64,000 nt of DNA, from assembly GCA_963741915.1 (NCBI GenBank), contig CAVUJW010000013.1, positions 432,245 through 496,244 of the forward strand. The letters are read 5' to 3'. The stretch is from an uncultured Chloroflexia bacterium. Lineage in GTDB: Bacteria; Chloroflexota; Limnocylindria; Limnocylindrales; CSP1-4. The notes under the pieces are model-generated. The model made no database searches and had not been told where the DNA came from. It worked only from the letters and a program-made list of their open reading frames with translations. Below, one piece after another: positions 1 through 11,746 of the stretch. The first letter of the stretch is position 1. Every line of letters starts with the position of its first letter. Both the position numbers and the translations under genes were made by a program.

Positions 1-709
1 GGCGTGCAGCGCGGACATGCTGCGCGAGTCCGCTGCCCTGGCGCGGGCCACCGGGGCGTACTGGCAGACCCACCTGTCCGAGGACCGGGCCGAGCTGCGG
101 GAGGTGGCGAGGCTCCACCCCGAGGCCATCGACTACCTCGACGTCTACGACCGGGCGGGCGGGCTGGGCCCGCGGACGATCATGGCCCACGCGATCCACC
201 TCTCCGAGCGCGAGATCGGCCGCCTGGCCGAGACCGGGACCGCGGTCGCCCACTGCCCGGCATCGAACCTGTTCCTGGCGTCGGGTGCGATGCCCCTCGC
301 GCGCTACCGGGCCGCCGGCGTCCGCGTGGGCCTGGGGTCGGACGTGTCGGCCGGCCCGGAGCTCTCGATCTTCGCCAACATGCGCGCCGGCGCCTATACC
401 CAGAGCGGGCTCCACGTCCTGGCGGACGGCGCCGGACCCGAACCGCTGGCACCGCTCGACTGGCTCCGGCTGGCGACCCTCGAGGGGGCGCGGGCGCTGG
501 GCATCGATGCCGAGATCGGCTCCCTCGAGGTGGGCAAGGAGGCCGACCTGATCGCGCTGGACCCGCGCCTGGTCGCGCCCGTCGAAGGGGTCGATTCCGA
601 CGACCCGGCCGAGATCATGTCGCGGCTCGCGTTCCGGCCCCACCCCGGAATGGTCCGCGCGGCGTGGGTCCGGGGGCGGCGGCTGGACGGCCCGCCGGGC
701 CCCGCCTGA
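1..709 (+). CDS. guaD: Guanine deaminase (amidohydrolase), 5'-truncated by the window edge
   Basis: QTHLSE, AHAIHL, HCPASNLFLASG, GLGSDV and GSLEVGKEAD motifs; purine-catabolic neighbourhood. Confidence 0.8.
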   Translation, partial: ACSADMLRESAALARATGAYWQTHLSEDRAELREVARLHPEAIDYLDVYDRAGGLGPRTIMAHAIHLSEREIGRLAETGTAVAHCPASNLFLASGAMPLARYRAAGVRVGLGSDVSAGPELSIFANMRAGAYTQSGLHVLADGAGPEPLAPLDWLRLATLEGARALGIDAEIGSLEVGKEADLIALDPRLVAPVEGVDSDDPAEIMSRLAFRPHPGMVRAAWVRGRRLDGPPGPA

Positions 710-725
710 GACCCGGGAGAGCTCG

Positions 726-2331
726 GTGACCACCCCCCGCGCCCTCGACCTGCTGCTCGACCACGGCACCATCGTCGACGGGACCGGTCAGCCCGGCTAC
801 CCGGGGCGCGTCGGGGTCGATGGCGACAGGATCGTGCCTGCCGGGTCCCGGCGAGGCGGTCCGCGCGCGCCGCACGATCGACGCCTCCGGACTCGTCGTG
901 GCGCCCGGGTTCATCGACCTCCACAGCCACGGCGGCCTGGTGATGCTCGCCGAGCCGCGCCACGAGCCCAAGGTCCGCCAGGGGGTGACGACCGAGCTGA
1001 TCGGCGTCGACGGCAACGCCTACGCGCCGTTCTCGGACCCGGACGACCTGAACGACTTCGTCGTCCTCAACGGCGGGCTCGACGGCCGCCCAGACATCGA
1101 CTACGACTGGACCACGGTCGCCGGGTACCTCGCCCGCTACGACCGTCGGGTGGCGGTCAACGTCGCCTACGTGGTGGGCAACTCGCCGCTCCGGATCGCG
1201 GCCCTGGGCTGGGACGAGATCGAGGCTGGCGAGCGGGCGGTCGCCGACCAGCGCGCGATGCTCCGGGAAGCGATGGAGGAGGGCGCCTTCGGGCTCTCCA
1301 CCGGGCTCGACTACCCGCCCGGCTCGTACGCCACGACCGCGGAGCTGGCGGCGCTGTCCGCGGAGGCGGCCAGGCTCGGCGGGATCTACCACACCCACGT
1401 CCGCTACCCGCTGGGCGATGGCTTCCTCGACCCGTTCCGGGAGGCGGTCGAGATCGGCCGCCGGAGCGGGGTGGCGGTCCACATCACGCACTTCTACCAC
1501 CGGGCGACGTTCCCGGGGCCGCCGCGGCAGATGCTGGCGCTCGTCGACGACGCCCGGGCCGAAGGGCTGGACGTCACCTTCGACCTGTACCCGTACGAAT
1601 GGGCGAGCACGCGGCTGCTGATCATGCTCCCCACGTGCGTCCAGGCCGGCGGGATCGGGCCGCTGCGCGAGCGGCTGGCCGATCGGGCCGCCCGGGAGCG
1701 GATCCGCGACGAGCTGCGAGCGCGCGGACGGATGTTCGCCGGCGACCGATCGTGGGACGAGGTGCGCCTGGGTGCGCTCACCCGGCCCGAGCACCTCGAG
1801 TTCGAGGGTCGCACCCTGGGCGACGTGATGCGGGCCACCGGGCGCGACGCGGTGGACGCCATCTGCGACCTGCTGCTGGCGGAGGACCTGCGCGTCAACC
1901 AGGTCACGCCGGGGCCACACCGCGACGGGATCCGCCGGTTCCTCCAGCACCCGCAGGCGATGATCGGCACCGACGGCGTGCTGATCGGGGCGAAGCCGTC
2001 CCCGCGGACATACGGCACGTACCCGCGGATCCTGGGCGAGCTCGTCCGCGAGGAGCGCTGGCTGGGGCTCGAGGTCGCCGTCCACCGGATGACCGGGGCG
2101 CCCGCCGCACGCCTGGGACTGGCCGACCGGGGCCGCATCGCCGAGGGCCTGGTCGCCGACCTCGTCGTGTTCGACCCGGCGACGGTCCGGACCCCGGCCA
2201 CCTACGACGATCCGCGCCGGTACCCGGAGGGGATCCCGTACGTGCTGGTCAACGGCGTGCCGGTCGTCGACGGCGGCGACCACACGGGCGCCACCCCGGG
2301 CCGTGTCCTTCGCCGCGGCCGGCCCGGCTGA
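726..2331 (+). CDS. N-acyl-D-amino-acid deacylase (D-aminoacylase) family amidohydrolase, one frameshift near 836-840
   Basis: N-terminus DLLLDHGTIVDGTG is in the frame of 726; the rest (APGFIDLHSH, GLSTGLDYPPG, YHTHVR, GTDG, PRTYGTYPR) is in the frame of ORF 820-2331. Confidence 0.8.
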
Positions 2332-2372
2332 CGCGGCCCACCAAGCCGCCCGGGACATCGCCGAGCGTCATG

Positions 2373-2891
2373 TCACCCGGCGTCCAGGTTCCACAGGTCG
2401 ATCTGCGGGAGGTCATGGCCCCCGAGCGTCTCGTTCAGCTCGGCGCAGTGATGAATGTCGTGGGTGAGCACCCGCTGGATGACCCAGCCCCGGGAGTGCA
2501 CCCAGGTGGCGTCCCACTCGGGGCGACGCAGCTCCTCGGTGAGCATGCTCATCGTCCACCGGTCCAGGCAACGGTCGACGATGCGGAACGTCGAATCCAG
2601 CGCCTCGGCGAGCTGGCTCGGGTCGAGGACGTGCTCGAGGTCGTCGTCCCCCGGACAGTCGTACCCGGCGTTCGTGAACCGGGTCGTCTCGGCGCCTGGC
2701 TCGCCCGCGAAGTCGCACAGCCAGAACACCCGCTGGCAGGCGAGGTGGCCGATCGTCGCCCACAGCGGCCAGCGCTCGGGCGACGGGCGGATCGCCAGCT
2801 GCTCGCCGCTCATCGCGGCGACGACGTCGCGCAGGCGCCGGTTGTACGCGGGCCACAGGCTGAAGGCCGGGCGAACGGTGGGATCGCTCAT
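2373..2891 (-). CDS. DinB/DUF664-like four-helix-bundle protein
   Basis: 3' part of ORF 2373-5201: MSDPTVRP...IGHLAC...VLTHDIHHCAEL His pattern; TACGGT lies 7 nt before the ATG, suggesting a leaderless transcript. Confidence 0.75.
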   Translation of the reverse strand: MSDPTVRPAFSLWPAYNRRLRDVVAAMSGEQLAIRPSPERWPLWATIGHLACQRVFWLCDFAGEPGAETTRFTNAGYDCPGDDDLEHVLDPSQLAEALDSTFRIVDRCLDRWTMSMLTEELRRPEWDATWVHSRGWVIQRVLTHDIHHCAELNETLGGHDLPQIDLWNLDAG

Positions 2892-2978
2892 GGCGCCTAC
2901 CGTACCCTGCGACGGCCGCTTGACACGGCGCGATGCCGGGTCCCAGGCTTGATTCGACTTCGACGGAGGCGCCCCACG

Positions 2979-5303
2979 TTGACGATCGAGACGCCCGCGC
3001 GGCGGCCGCCCGGCCCAAGCGGTCCCACCGGGACGCCGGGGCCGGCCGTCGCGCCGGCTCCGACCCGCCCGGGCCGCGCGCGTTCGCTGCCTGCCCGGCG
3101 AGAGGGCCCGGCGAAGCTGACCGGGACCGCGGCCTACACCGACGACCTCGTGTTCCCTGGCGCGTGGTACGGGGCCACCATCCGCGCCACCGACGCCCAT
3201 GCCCGGCTGCTCGGTATCGACCTCGACCCGGCGTTCGCCTGGGACCGCGTCGCCGTGGTCACCGCCGACGACATCCCCGGCCGCAACGTCGTGGCGAGCA
3301 TCGCCGCGGACCAGCCGATCCTGGTCCCGGTCGGCGGTGAGATCCGGCACCAGACGGAGCCGGTCGCGCTCGTCGCGGCCCCCGATCGCGACACCCTGCG
3401 CGAGGCCCGGCGCCGGATCCGGCTGCGGACGGAGCCCCTGCCGGCGGTGTTCGACCCGCTGACGTCGGACATGGTGTTCGCGCACTTCGACCTGGGTCGG
3501 GGGGACGTGGACGCCGCCCTGGCCGGCGCGGATGCGGTGATCGAGGGCACCTACCGCGTCGGCCACCAGGAGCAGCTGTACATCGAGAACAACGCGATGA
3601 TCGCGCTGCCGCGCGACGACGGCGGGATCACCGTCCACGGCAGCCTCCAGTGCCCCTTCTACGTGCACCGGGCGCTGATCGCCGGTCTCGCGCTCGACGA
3701 CGCGCGTGTCCGGGTCGTCCAGGCGGAGACGGGCGGCGGCTTCGGCGGCAAGGAGGAGTACCCGTCGATGATCGCGCTCCATGCGGCGCTCCTCGCCCGC
3801 CGCACCGGCCGGCCGGTGCGCATGATCTACGACCGCCACGAGGACCTGTCGGCCACGACCAAGCGCCACCCGGCGGTGATCCGCCACCGGACCGGGCTCA
3901 CCCGCGACGGGCGGATCGTGGCCCAGGACATCGAGCTCGTGCTCGACGGCGGCGCCTACACCACGCTCTCGCCGGTGGTCCTGTCGCGGGCGACGATCCA
4001 TGCCGGCGGTCCCTACGACGTGGCCAACGTGCGCATCCGGTCGCGGGCGGTGGCGACCAACACCCCGCCCAACGGGGCGTTCCGCGGGTTCGGGGCACCG
4101 CAGGCGGAGTTTGCCGCCGAGATGCAGGTCAACCGGGCCGCCGAGGCGCTCGGCCTGTCGCCGCTCGAGATCCGGCGCCGGAACGTGTACCAGCCGGGGA
4201 GCGTGACGCCGACGCGCCAGGTCCTGGCCGCCGACGTCGCGGGCCTCGAGGTGCTCGAGCGGGCGGCCGAAGCCGCCGAGTTCGAGCGGATGCGGGCCCG
4301 GACCGCCGCCGAGCGGGCGGCACGACCGGCCGACGCCCGCACGGCCCGCGGGATCGGCCTCGCGCTCGCCTGGCACGGCGCCGGGTTCACCGGCTCGGGC
4401 GAGGAGAAGATGGGCTCGGTGGCCAGCCTCGAGCTCACGGCCGACGGCCGGATCCGGATCCTGACCGCGTCGACCGAGATGGGGCAGGGGACGAAGACGA
4501 TCTTCCCCCAGCTGGTCGCGGGCGAGCTCGAGCTCGACATCGAGGGGGTCGAGATGGCTCCCCAGGACACCTCGATCGTGCCCGATTCGGGACCCACCGT
4601 CGCGTCGCGGACGGCGATGGTCGTCGGCGGCCTGCTGGTCCACGCGGCCCGCCGGCTCAAGGCACAGGTGGAGGACCGGACCGGGCGCCCGTTCGGGCTG
4701 TCCTACCGCGACGACGCCCGCGACCACGGGCCGACTCGGATCGACGAGCCGTTCGTGCCGTACCCGGGCCGCCACTTCGACGACGACACGTACACCGGCG
4801 ACGCCTACCCCTCGTACGGCTGGGCGGCGGCCGTGGCCGAGGTCGAGGTGGATCTCGACACGGCCGAGGTGACCGTCCTGTCGGTCGTGGCCGCCGACGA
4901 CGTGGGGCGCGTGATCCACCCGGTCCTGTGCGAGGGCCAGGTCGAGGGCGGCACGCTCCAGGCCGTGGGCTACGCCACCATCGAGGAGATCAAGCTGCTC
5001 GACGGCCGGTACCTCAACGACCGGCTCCAGACGTACCTCATCCCGACCTCGCTCGACGCGCCCCGGATCGAGACGATCCTGGTCGAGGCGCCGTTCGAGG
5101 ATGCGCCGCACGGCGCCAAGGGCATCGGTGAGCTGCCGATGGACGTCGGGGCGCCCGCCGTCGTCGCCGCGATCCACGACGCGATCGGGGCCTGGATCCA
5201 CGAGCTCCCCGCCACGCCGGAGCGGATCCTGGCCGCGCTCGCCGGCTTCGATCCGCCCGGCCCGCCCGGCGTGAGCGCGGTGTCGCCGGACGCGCCCGCG
5301 TGA
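2979..5303 (+). CDS. Xanthine dehydrogenase family molybdopterin-binding subunit
   Basis: TTG start after GGAGG (2965-2969); GGGFGGKEE, FRGFGAPQ, EMGQG, GQVEGG and KGIGELP motifs. Confidence 0.9.
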   Translation: MTIETPARRPPGPSGPTGTPGPAVAPAPTRPGRARSLPARREGPAKLTGTAAYTDDLVFPGAWYGATIRATDAHARLLGIDLDPAFAWDRVAVVTADDIPGRNVVASIAADQPILVPVGGEIRHQTEPVALVAAPDRDTLREARRRIRLRTEPLPAVFDPLTSDMVFAHFDLGRGDVDAALAGADAVIEGTYRVGHQEQLYIENNAMIALPRDDGGITVHGSLQCPFYVHRALIAGLALDDARVRVVQAETGGGFGGKEEYPSMIALHAALLARRTGRPVRMIYDRHEDLSATTKRHPAVIRHRTGLTRDGRIVAQDIELVLDGGAYTTLSPVVLSRATIHAGGPYDVANVRIRSRAVATNTPPNGAFRGFGAPQAEFAAEMQVNRAAEALGLSPLEIRRRNVYQPGSVTPTRQVLAADVAGLEVLERAAEAAEFERMRARTAAERAARPADARTARGIGLALAWHGAGFTGSGEEKMGSVASLELTADGRIRILTASTEMGQGTKTIFPQLVAGELELDIEGVEMAPQDTSIVPDSGPTVASRTAMVVGGLLVHAARRLKAQVEDRTGRPFGLSYRDDARDHGPTRIDEPFVPYPGRHFDDDTYTGDAYPSYGWAAAVAEVEVDLDTAEVTVLSVVAADDVGRVIHPVLCEGQVEGGTLQAVGYATIEEIKLLDGRYLNDRLQTYLIPTSLDAPRIETILVEAPFEDAPHGAKGIGELPMDVGAPAVVAAIHDAIGAWIHELPATPERILAALAGFDPPGPPGVSAVSPDAPA

Positions 5304-5818
5304 CCTGGCGGCTGATCGTCAACGGCGACCCGGTCACGGTCGACGCGCCGGGCATGCGCCGGCTGCTTGACGTGCTCCGCGAGGACCTCGGGCTCACCGG
5401 CACCAAGGAGGGCTGCGGGGAAGGGGAGTGCGGCGCGTGCACTGTCCTGGTCGACGGGGAGGCGGTGCTCGGGTGTCTCGTTCCCGTGTGCCAGGTCGAG
5501 GGCGCGCAGGTGCGGACGGTGGAGGGGCTGGCCCCCGCGCCGGGCCGCCTCGGCCCGCTCCAGCAGGCGTTCCTCGAGGCGGGCGGGGCCCAGTGCGGGA
5601 TCTGCACGCCGGGGATGCTGATGGCCGCCGAGGCGTTCCTGGCCTCGGGCGCGGCGCCGTCCGACGCCGCGATCCGCGAGGCGATCGCCGGCAACCTCTG
5701 CCGTTGCACCGGGTACACCAAGATCGTCGACGCGATCCGGCTGGCGGCCGAATGCAACGAACCTGACGGTGACGGACACGGCACCGGGCCCGTGGCAGCG
5801 GCCGGCGGGCCGGCCTGA
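5300..5818 (+). CDS. Xanthine dehydrogenase [2Fe-2S] subunit
   Basis: GTKEGCGEGECGACTV, QCGICTPG and GNLCRCTGY motifs. Confidence 0.92.
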   Translation: MTWRLIVNGDPVTVDAPGMRRLLDVLREDLGLTGTKEGCGEGECGACTVLVDGEAVLGCLVPVCQVEGAQVRTVEGLAPAPGRLGPLQQAFLEAGGAQCGICTPGMLMAAEAFLASGAAPSDAAIREAIAGNLCRCTGYTKIVDAIRLAAECNEPDGDGHGTGPVAAAGGPA

Positions 5819-6726
5819 TGCCCGTCGAGCCGCCGGTCATCTCGCCCCGGTCGCTCGCCGAGGCCTGCGCGGCGCTCGAGGAGCAGCCGTACCGTCCGCT
5901 CGCCGGCGGGACGGACCTGCTGGTCCAGCTGACGGGCGAGCTGGGCCCGCCGCCTGACCGCGTCCTCGACCTGTGGCGGCTCGACGAGCTGCGTGGGATC
6001 GGCATCCGGGACGGCGCGCTCGAGCTCGGGGCGCTGACCACCTATGCGGCGATCCGGCGCTCCGACGCCTGTCACCAGCACGCCCCGGCCCTGGCCGAGG
6101 CGGCGGCGACGATCGGCGCGGCGCAGATCCAGAACCGGGGCACGATCGGTGGCAACGTGATGAACGCCTCGCCTGCCGGCGACACGCTGCCGGTGCTGCT
6201 CGCGCTCGATGCCGTGCTCGTCCTGCGCAGCACGTCGGGCGAGCGCGAGGTGGCCGCCACCGACTTCTGGCCCGCCTACCGCCGGACGGCGGCCCGACCG
6301 GACGAGCTGCTGGCGCGCATCCGGATCCCCCTCGCCAAGGGCCGCCGGCAGCGGTTCCGCAAGGTCGGCACGCGACGCGCCCAGGCCATCTCCAAGGTCG
6401 TCGCGGCGCTCGCGTGGCGCGGCGAGGATGGCCGGCGCGACAACGATGGCTGGCACGACGTGCGGATCGCTCTCGGCTCGGTGGCGCCGACGCCGGTCAG
6501 GGTCGAGGCCGCCGAGGCCGCGCTCGAGGGCCGCCCACGAGACGCGCGATCGATCGAGGCGACCGTCGAGGCGCTGGGAGCGGCGATCCAGCCCATCGAC
6601 GACGTCCGGTCGACCGCCGGCTATCGTCGCGAGGCCGCCCGCCGGGTGGTCCGGCGGCTGCTGGCCGACGCGGCCGGGGCGGGCGGCGGCACCGATGGAG
6701 CCTCGACCCGGGGAGGCGCAACATGA
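5818..6726 (+). CDS. Xanthine dehydrogenase FAD-binding subunit
   Basis: AGGTDL, QIQNRGTIGGN, ASPAGD and PIDDVRSTAGYR motifs. Confidence 0.9.
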   Translation: MPVEPPVISPRSLAEACAALEEQPYRPLAGGTDLLVQLTGELGPPPDRVLDLWRLDELRGIGIRDGALELGALTTYAAIRRSDACHQHAPALAEAAATIGAAQIQNRGTIGGNVMNASPAGDTLPVLLALDAVLVLRSTSGEREVAATDFWPAYRRTAARPDELLARIRIPLAKGRRQRFRKVGTRRAQAISKVVAALAWRGEDGRRDNDGWHDVRIALGSVAPTPVRVEAAEAALEGRPRDARSIEATVEALGAAIQPIDDVRSTAGYRREAARRVVRRLLADAAGAGGGTDGASTRGGAT

Positions 6727-7571
6727 CCGAGCTCGGCCCCAACCGCTACGGCAAGCAGTCGATCCGCCTGGTACGGGTGATCCGGAGCCCCGTCACCAGG
6801 GTCCGCGACCTCACCGTCGACGTCTCGCTCGAGGGCGCGTTCGGGGCGGCGTACACCGACGGCGACAACGCGTCGGTGATCGCGACCGACACGATGAAGA
6901 ACACCGTCTATGGGCTGGCACCCGAGCACCTGGCGGGCGCCATCGAGACATTCGCGATCGCCCTCGCCCGCCAGTTCCTCGAGGCGGCGCCGGTCGAGCG
7001 GGCGACGGTCGCCATCCGCGAGCACGCCTGGGCCCCGATCGAGGCGTCCACGGATGGTGCGCCCGATGCCTTCCAGCGAACGGGAGGCGCGATCCGGACC
7101 GCGGTCGCCGTTGGGGACCGCGGCGGGGTCACGGTCGAGAGCGGGGTCGAGGACCTGGTGGTGATGAAGACCGCGCGCTCGGCGTTCTCGGGCTTCCCGC
7201 GCGACCGCTACACGACGCTGCGCGAGGTGCGCGACCGGATCATGGCCACCCGGGTCACGGCGACCTGGCGCCACGCCGACGCGGCACCCGACTGGGACGC
7301 TCGCCACGGCGCGCTGCTGGGGACGCTGCTCGCCACCTTCGCCGACCACGACAGCGAGTCGGTCCAGCATTCCATCTGGATCATCGGCAACGCGATGCTG
7401 GCGGCCGAGCCCGGGATCGACGAGGTCGCCATGCGCCTCCCCAACCTCCACCACTGGCTCGTTGATCTCGGGCCGTTCGGCGGCAGCAACGAAGGCGAGA
7501 TCTTCGTCGCCACGGCCGAGCCGTACGGCCTGATCGAGGCGACGATCCGTCGGTCGGCGGGCGGCGGGTGA
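6723..7571 (+). CDS. pucL: Cofactor-independent urate oxidase (uricase)
   Basis: [51 protein letters not shown] and PYGLIEA motifs; ATG overlaps the upstream stop. Confidence 0.92.
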   Translation: MTELGPNRYGKQSIRLVRVIRSPVTRVRDLTVDVSLEGAFGAAYTDGDNASVIATDTMKNTVYGLAPEHLAGAIETFAIALARQFLEAAPVERATVAIREHAWAPIEASTDGAPDAFQRTGGAIRTAVAVGDRGGVTVESGVEDLVVMKTARSAFSGFPRDRYTTLREVRDRIMATRVTATWRHADAAPDWDARHGALLGTLLATFADHDSESVQHSIWIIGNAMLAAEPGIDEVAMRLPNLHHWLVDLGPFGGSNEGEIFVATAEPYGLIEATIRRSAGGG

Positions 7572-9151
7572 GCCGACTCGCGCCGGGGGTCGACGTCATC
7601 GGCCCTACGGTGGACGGCGCCCGCGACGTGCTCACCGCGGAGGCTGCCACCTTCCTGGCCGACCTCGAGCGCCGCTTCCGCGACCGGCGCGCCGAGCTCC
7701 TCGGCCGGCGGGCGGAGCGGCACGCGCGGATCGTTGCCGGCGAGCGGCCCGACCTCCTGGCCTCGACCGCCGAGATCCGGGCCGCCAGCTGGCACGTCGC
7801 GCCGGTGCCCGCGGACCTCGAGGACCGGCGCGTCGAGATCACCGGTCCGGCCGAGCCCAAGATGATGATCAACGCCCTCAACTCGGGGGCGTCGGTGTTC
7901 ATGGCCGACTTCGAGGACGCCCTCAGCCCGGGCTGGGCGAACGTCGTGGGCGGCCAGCGCGCGGTCCGGGACGCCGTCCGGCGGACGCTCGGGTTCACGA
8001 CGCCCGAGAAGGCCTATCGCCTCGACGATCGCACGGCCACCCTGGTCGTCCGCCCCCGCGGCTGGCATCTCGAGGAGCGCCACCTGCTGGTCGACGGCGC
8101 CCCGATGTCGGCCAGCCTGTTCGACGCCGGGCTGCACCTGTTCCACAACGCCGCGGAAGCGCTCGCCCGCGGGACCGGGCCCTACCTGTACCTGCCCAAG
8201 CTCGAATCGCACCTCGAGGCGCGCCTGTGGAACGACGTGCTCGTCCATGCCCAGGCGGCGGTCGGGGTCCCCCGCGGGTCGGTCCGGGCGACCGTGCTGA
8301 TCGAGACCATCCTCGCCGCGTTCGAGATGGACGAGATCCTGTACGAGCTGCGCGAGCACGCCGCCGGCCTCAACGCCGGGCGCTGGGACTACATCTTCAG
8401 CGTGATCAAGCGGTTCCGCGACGATCCCGCGTTCGTGCTGCCGGACCGGGGCCAGGTGACGATGGCCGTCCCTTTCATGCGCGCCTACACCCGGCTGCTC
8501 GTGGCGACCTGCCACCGAAGGGGAGCCCACGCGATCGGCGGCATGTCCGCGTTCATCCCCAACCGGCGCGAGCCCGAGGTCACGGCCAACGCCCTGGCGC
8601 AGGTCCGCGAGGACAAGGAGCGCGAGGCGGGCGACGGGTTCGACGGGACGTGGGTCGCCCACCCGGACCTGGTGCCCGTCGCGCGCGAGGTGTTCGACCG
8701 GGTCCTGGGCGATCGCCCCGACCAGAAGGCCGCCCCGGGCGATCCGGCGGCCGGCGCCACCGCCCTGCTCGACGTGGCGGTCCCGGGTGGCCGGGTGACC
8801 GAGGCCGGCGTCCGCCAGGACGTCAGCGTCGCCGTGCGCTACCTCGCCGCGTGGCTGGGCGGCAACGGCGCGGCCGCCATCGACAACCTGATGGAGGATG
8901 CCGCGACGGCCGAGATCTCCCGCTCGCAGCTGTGGCAGTGGCGGCGCCACGCCGTGCCGCTCGACGACGGGACGCCGTTCACCGCCGGCCGCTACCGCGC
9001 GATCCGCGAGGAGGAGCTGCGCCGGATCGGCGCGTCGGGGGACGGCGGCGAGGCCCGGCTCGCCGAGGCGGCCGCGCTGCTCGATCGGCTGGTGCTCGAC
9101 GATGCGTTCGCGGAGTTCCTGACCCTCGAGGCGTACGCCCACCTCGACTGA
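7568..9151 (+). CDS. aceB: Malate synthase A
   Basis: [44 protein letters not shown] and [14 protein letters not shown] motifs. Confidence 0.95.
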   Translation: MSRLAPGVDVIGPTVDGARDVLTAEAATFLADLERRFRDRRAELLGRRAERHARIVAGERPDLLASTAEIRAASWHVAPVPADLEDRRVEITGPAEPKMMINALNSGASVFMADFEDALSPGWANVVGGQRAVRDAVRRTLGFTTPEKAYRLDDRTATLVVRPRGWHLEERHLLVDGAPMSASLFDAGLHLFHNAAEALARGTGPYLYLPKLESHLEARLWNDVLVHAQAAVGVPRGSVRATVLIETILAAFEMDEILYELREHAAGLNAGRWDYIFSVIKRFRDDPAFVLPDRGQVTMAVPFMRAYTRLLVATCHRRGAHAIGGMSAFIPNRREPEVTANALAQVREDKEREAGDGFDGTWVAHPDLVPVAREVFDRVLGDRPDQKAAPGDPAAGATALLDVAVPGGRVTEAGVRQDVSVAVRYLAAWLGGNGAAAIDNLMEDAATAEISRSQLWQWRRHAVPLDDGTPFTAGRYRAIREEELRRIGASGDGGEARLAEAAALLDRLVLDDAFAEFLTLEAYAHLD

Positions 9152-9182
9152 CCGCGTGCCCGGCCCGGTCGGCGGCTACCAC

Positions 9183-10347
9183 CTAGTGTCCTGAGTCATA
9201 AGTAAGTGTCATAATGAGCAGCATCATCTACGCTCTGTCAGGCTTGGAGGATGCTGCCATGGCAAGGGGCCGACCGCTGGCGGTGCTGACGCTCGAGGAC
9301 CAGGATCGGGAGACGCTCACCCGCTGGACGCGGCGACCGAAGACGGCGCAAGCGCTGGCGCAGCGCGCCCGGATCGTGCTGGCCGCCGCCGACGGCCGCC
9401 CCAACGACGCGATCGCGCGCGAGCTGTCGATCACCCCCCACACCGTCGGCAAGTGGCGCCGGCGCTACCTCGAGCGCGGTCCCGACGGGCTGCTCGACGA
9501 GCCGCGGCCAGGCGCGCCGCGCACGATCGGCGACGAGCAGGTCGAGGCAGTGATCGTCAAGACGCTGGAGGAGAAGCCGACCGACGCGACCCACTGGTCG
9601 ACGCGCTCGATGGCCCGCAAGATGGGCCTGAGCCAGAGCTCGGTCAGTCGCGTCTGGCGGGCGTTCGGGCTGCAGCCCCACCGGGCCGAGAGTTTCCGCT
9701 TGTCGACCGATCCGCTGTTCGTGGACAAGGTCCGCGACGTGGTCGGGCTGTACCTCGACCCGCCCGAGCGGGCCGCGGTGCTGTGCGTCGACGAGAAGAG
9801 CCAGATCCAGGCCCTGGCCCGCTTCCAGCCTGTCCTGCCGATGCTCCCAGGCAGCCCCGAGCGGCGCAGCCATGACTACGTCCGGCACGGCACGACCAGC
9901 CTGTTCGCCGGTCTCGACACGCTCACCGGCAAGGTCATCGGCGCCCTTCACCGGCGCCACCGGGCGATCGAGTTCCGCTCGTTCCTCGAGCGCATCGATG
10001 CGGAGGTGCCGGCCGACCTCGCGGTCCACCTCGTGCTCGACAACTACGCCACCCACAAGACGCCCGCGATCCAGCGCTGGGTCCTGCGCCATCCGCGCTT
10101 CACGCTCCACTTCACCCCGACCGGAGCGTCCTGGCTCAATCTCGTCGAGCGCTGGTTCGCCGAGCTGACGACCAAGAAGATCAAGCGCGGGGCCCACACG
10201 AGCGTGCCCAACCTCGAGGGCGACATCCGTGGCTGGATCGCCACCTGGAACGAGGATCCTCGTCCCTTCGTGTGGGTCAAGACGGCGGATCAGATCCTTG
10301 CCTCACTCGCCCGATATTGCGAACGAATCTCGGACTCAGGAGACTAG
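9183..10347 (+). mobile_element. IS630-family insertion sequence, apparently intact
   Basis: Ends CTAGTGTCCTGAGTC (9183) and GACTCAGGAGACTAG (10347) are inverted repeats with 1 mismatch; CTAG/TA at both ends matches IS630 targeting. Confidence 0.92.
9259..10347 (+). CDS. IS630 DDE transposase
   Basis: N-terminal [27 protein letters not shown] and [10 protein letters not shown]; ATG 9259 follows GGAGG. Confidence 0.95.
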   Translation: MARGRPLAVLTLEDQDRETLTRWTRRPKTAQALAQRARIVLAAADGRPNDAIARELSITPHTVGKWRRRYLERGPDGLLDEPRPGAPRTIGDEQVEAVIVKTLEEKPTDATHWSTRSMARKMGLSQSSVSRVWRAFGLQPHRAESFRLSTDPLFVDKVRDVVGLYLDPPERAAVLCVDEKSQIQALARFQPVLPMLPGSPERRSHDYVRHGTTSLFAGLDTLTGKVIGALHRRHRAIEFRSFLERIDAEVPADLAVHLVLDNYATHKTPAIQRWVLRHPRFTLHFTPTGASWLNLVERWFAELTTKKIKRGAHTSVPNLEGDIRGWIATWNEDPRPFVWVKTADQILASLARYCERISDSGD

Positions 10348-11741
10348 CGCATCGGTTCCAGCGCGCGCTCCACGAACTGCCCGTACCCACGCCGCCCGAC
10401 GAAGGCGCCGTCGCGCACGACGAATGCGCCGCGAACGATCGTCGACCGCACCGCGCCCCGGACCGGCCGCCCCTCGTAGGGCGTGTAGTCGCTCGCGTGG
10501 TGGAGGTCGGCGGCGCGGATCGTCCGCCGCGCGGCCGGATCGAACAGCACGAGGTCGGCGTCGCGCCCGACCTCGATCGCGCCCTTCGAGCGAAGCCCGA
10601 ACAGCCGCGCCGGCGTCGTCGCCAGCACGTCCACCAGCCGCTCGATCGGGATGCGGCCCGTTGCCACGCCCGCGTCGTACACGAGGGTCAGCAGCGTCTC
10701 GATGCCCGGACCGCCGTTCGAGATGCGGTCGAACGACGCGCGCCACGACTGCTTCTCGACCGCGACCCGGTCCGGGACGTGGTCGGTGGCCACCAGCGCC
10801 AGGGCGCCGTCGGCGACGGCGTCCCACAGCGCCTCGGGGTTGCCCGCCGGACGCAGGGGCGGGGAGATGACGAACCGCGCCGCCTCCTCGGGCGGGCCTT
10901 CGTACCGCTCGTCGGTCAGGGTCAGGTAGTGGGGGCAGGTCTCGGCGAACACCGGCTGCCCGCGGTCGTGGGCCTGGCGCAGCGCCGCCAGCGCCGCGGC
11001 CGACGACAGGTGGACCACGTACAGCGGCGCGTCCGCGGCGCGCGCCAGGGCGATCGCACGTGCCGTCGCCTCCGCCTCGACATACGGCGGGCGCGAGCTC
11101 GCATGGAACCGGGGCGCGACCTCCCCGGCCGCGAGATGGCGCGCGGTCAGCGATTCGAGGATGGTCCGGTTCTCGCAGTGGACCTCGAGCATCCCGCCGT
11201 GGTCGCCAGCGGCGGCAAGCGCCAGCAGCAGCGTCGCATCGTCGACGCCGAAGTCGTAGACCATGAACGCCTTGAGCGTCGGCACGCCGGCCTCGATCAC
11301 CCAGGGCAGCTCGCCGACCGGGTCCTCCTGGCCGGCCGTGATAACCAGGCTGAGCCCCACGTCCACCGCCGAGTCGCCGTCGGTCGCCGCGCGCCACTCG
11401 CGGAGCCCGGCGCCCAGCGACCGGGCGGCCGCCGGCGACGACCCCGTGCCGGGGTTGTTGAATGCGAGGAAGGTCGTCGTGCCCCCGAACGCGGCGGACA
11501 CGGAGTCCGTGAAGAAGCGGTCCGGCTCCGCGCCCGAGGCGACGCGCGTGTGGGTGTGGACGTCCACCACGCCCGGCAGGACCAGCAGCCCCGTGGCATC
11601 GACGACCTCGCGGGCCGTGGCCGACGGCCCCCGTAGGTCCGGCTCTACGGCGGAGATCCGGCCTCCGTCCACGGCGATGTCGGCGACCCGCGAGCCGGGC
11701 GCGGTGACGACCGTCCCACCGCGCACGATGAGGTCCGCCAC
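10344..11741 (-). CDS. Dihydropyrimidinase / D-hydantoinase-type cyclic amidohydrolase (possible allantoinase role)
   Basis: [20 protein letters not shown] (carboxy-Lys), VHCEN, VVHLS, ETCPHYL, SPPLR and ATDH motifs; GTG start. Confidence 0.85.
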   Translation of the reverse strand: MADLIVRGGTVVTAPGSRVADIAVDGGRISAVEPDLRGPSATAREVVDATGLLVLPGVVDVHTHTRVASGAEPDRFFTDSVSAAFGGTTTFLAFNNPGTGSSPAAARSLGAGLREWRAATDGDSAVDVGLSLVITAGQEDPVGELPWVIEAGVPTLKAFMVYDFGVDDATLLLALAAAGDHGGMLEVHCENRTILESLTARHLAAGEVAPRFHASSRPPYVEAEATARAIALARAADAPLYVVHLSSAAALAALRQAHDRGQPVFAETCPHYLTLTDERYEGPPEEAARFVISPPLRPAGNPEALWDAVADGALALVATDHVPDRVAVEKQSWRASFDRISNGGPGIETLLTLVYDAGVATGRIPIERLVDVLATTPARLFGLRSKGAIEVGRDADLVLFDPAARRTIRAADLHHASDYTPYEGRPVRGAVRSTIVRGAFVVRDGAFVGRRGYGQFVERALEPMR

Positions 11742-11746
11742 CGGCG

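Noticed and set aside
726-5303. 1525-aa ORF suggesting a giant amidohydrolase-XDH fusion
   Set aside because: It joins the true D-aminoacylase N-terminus (frameshifted near 838), off-frame sequence and the antisense of dinB to the XDH subunit, which has its own SD and TTG at 2979
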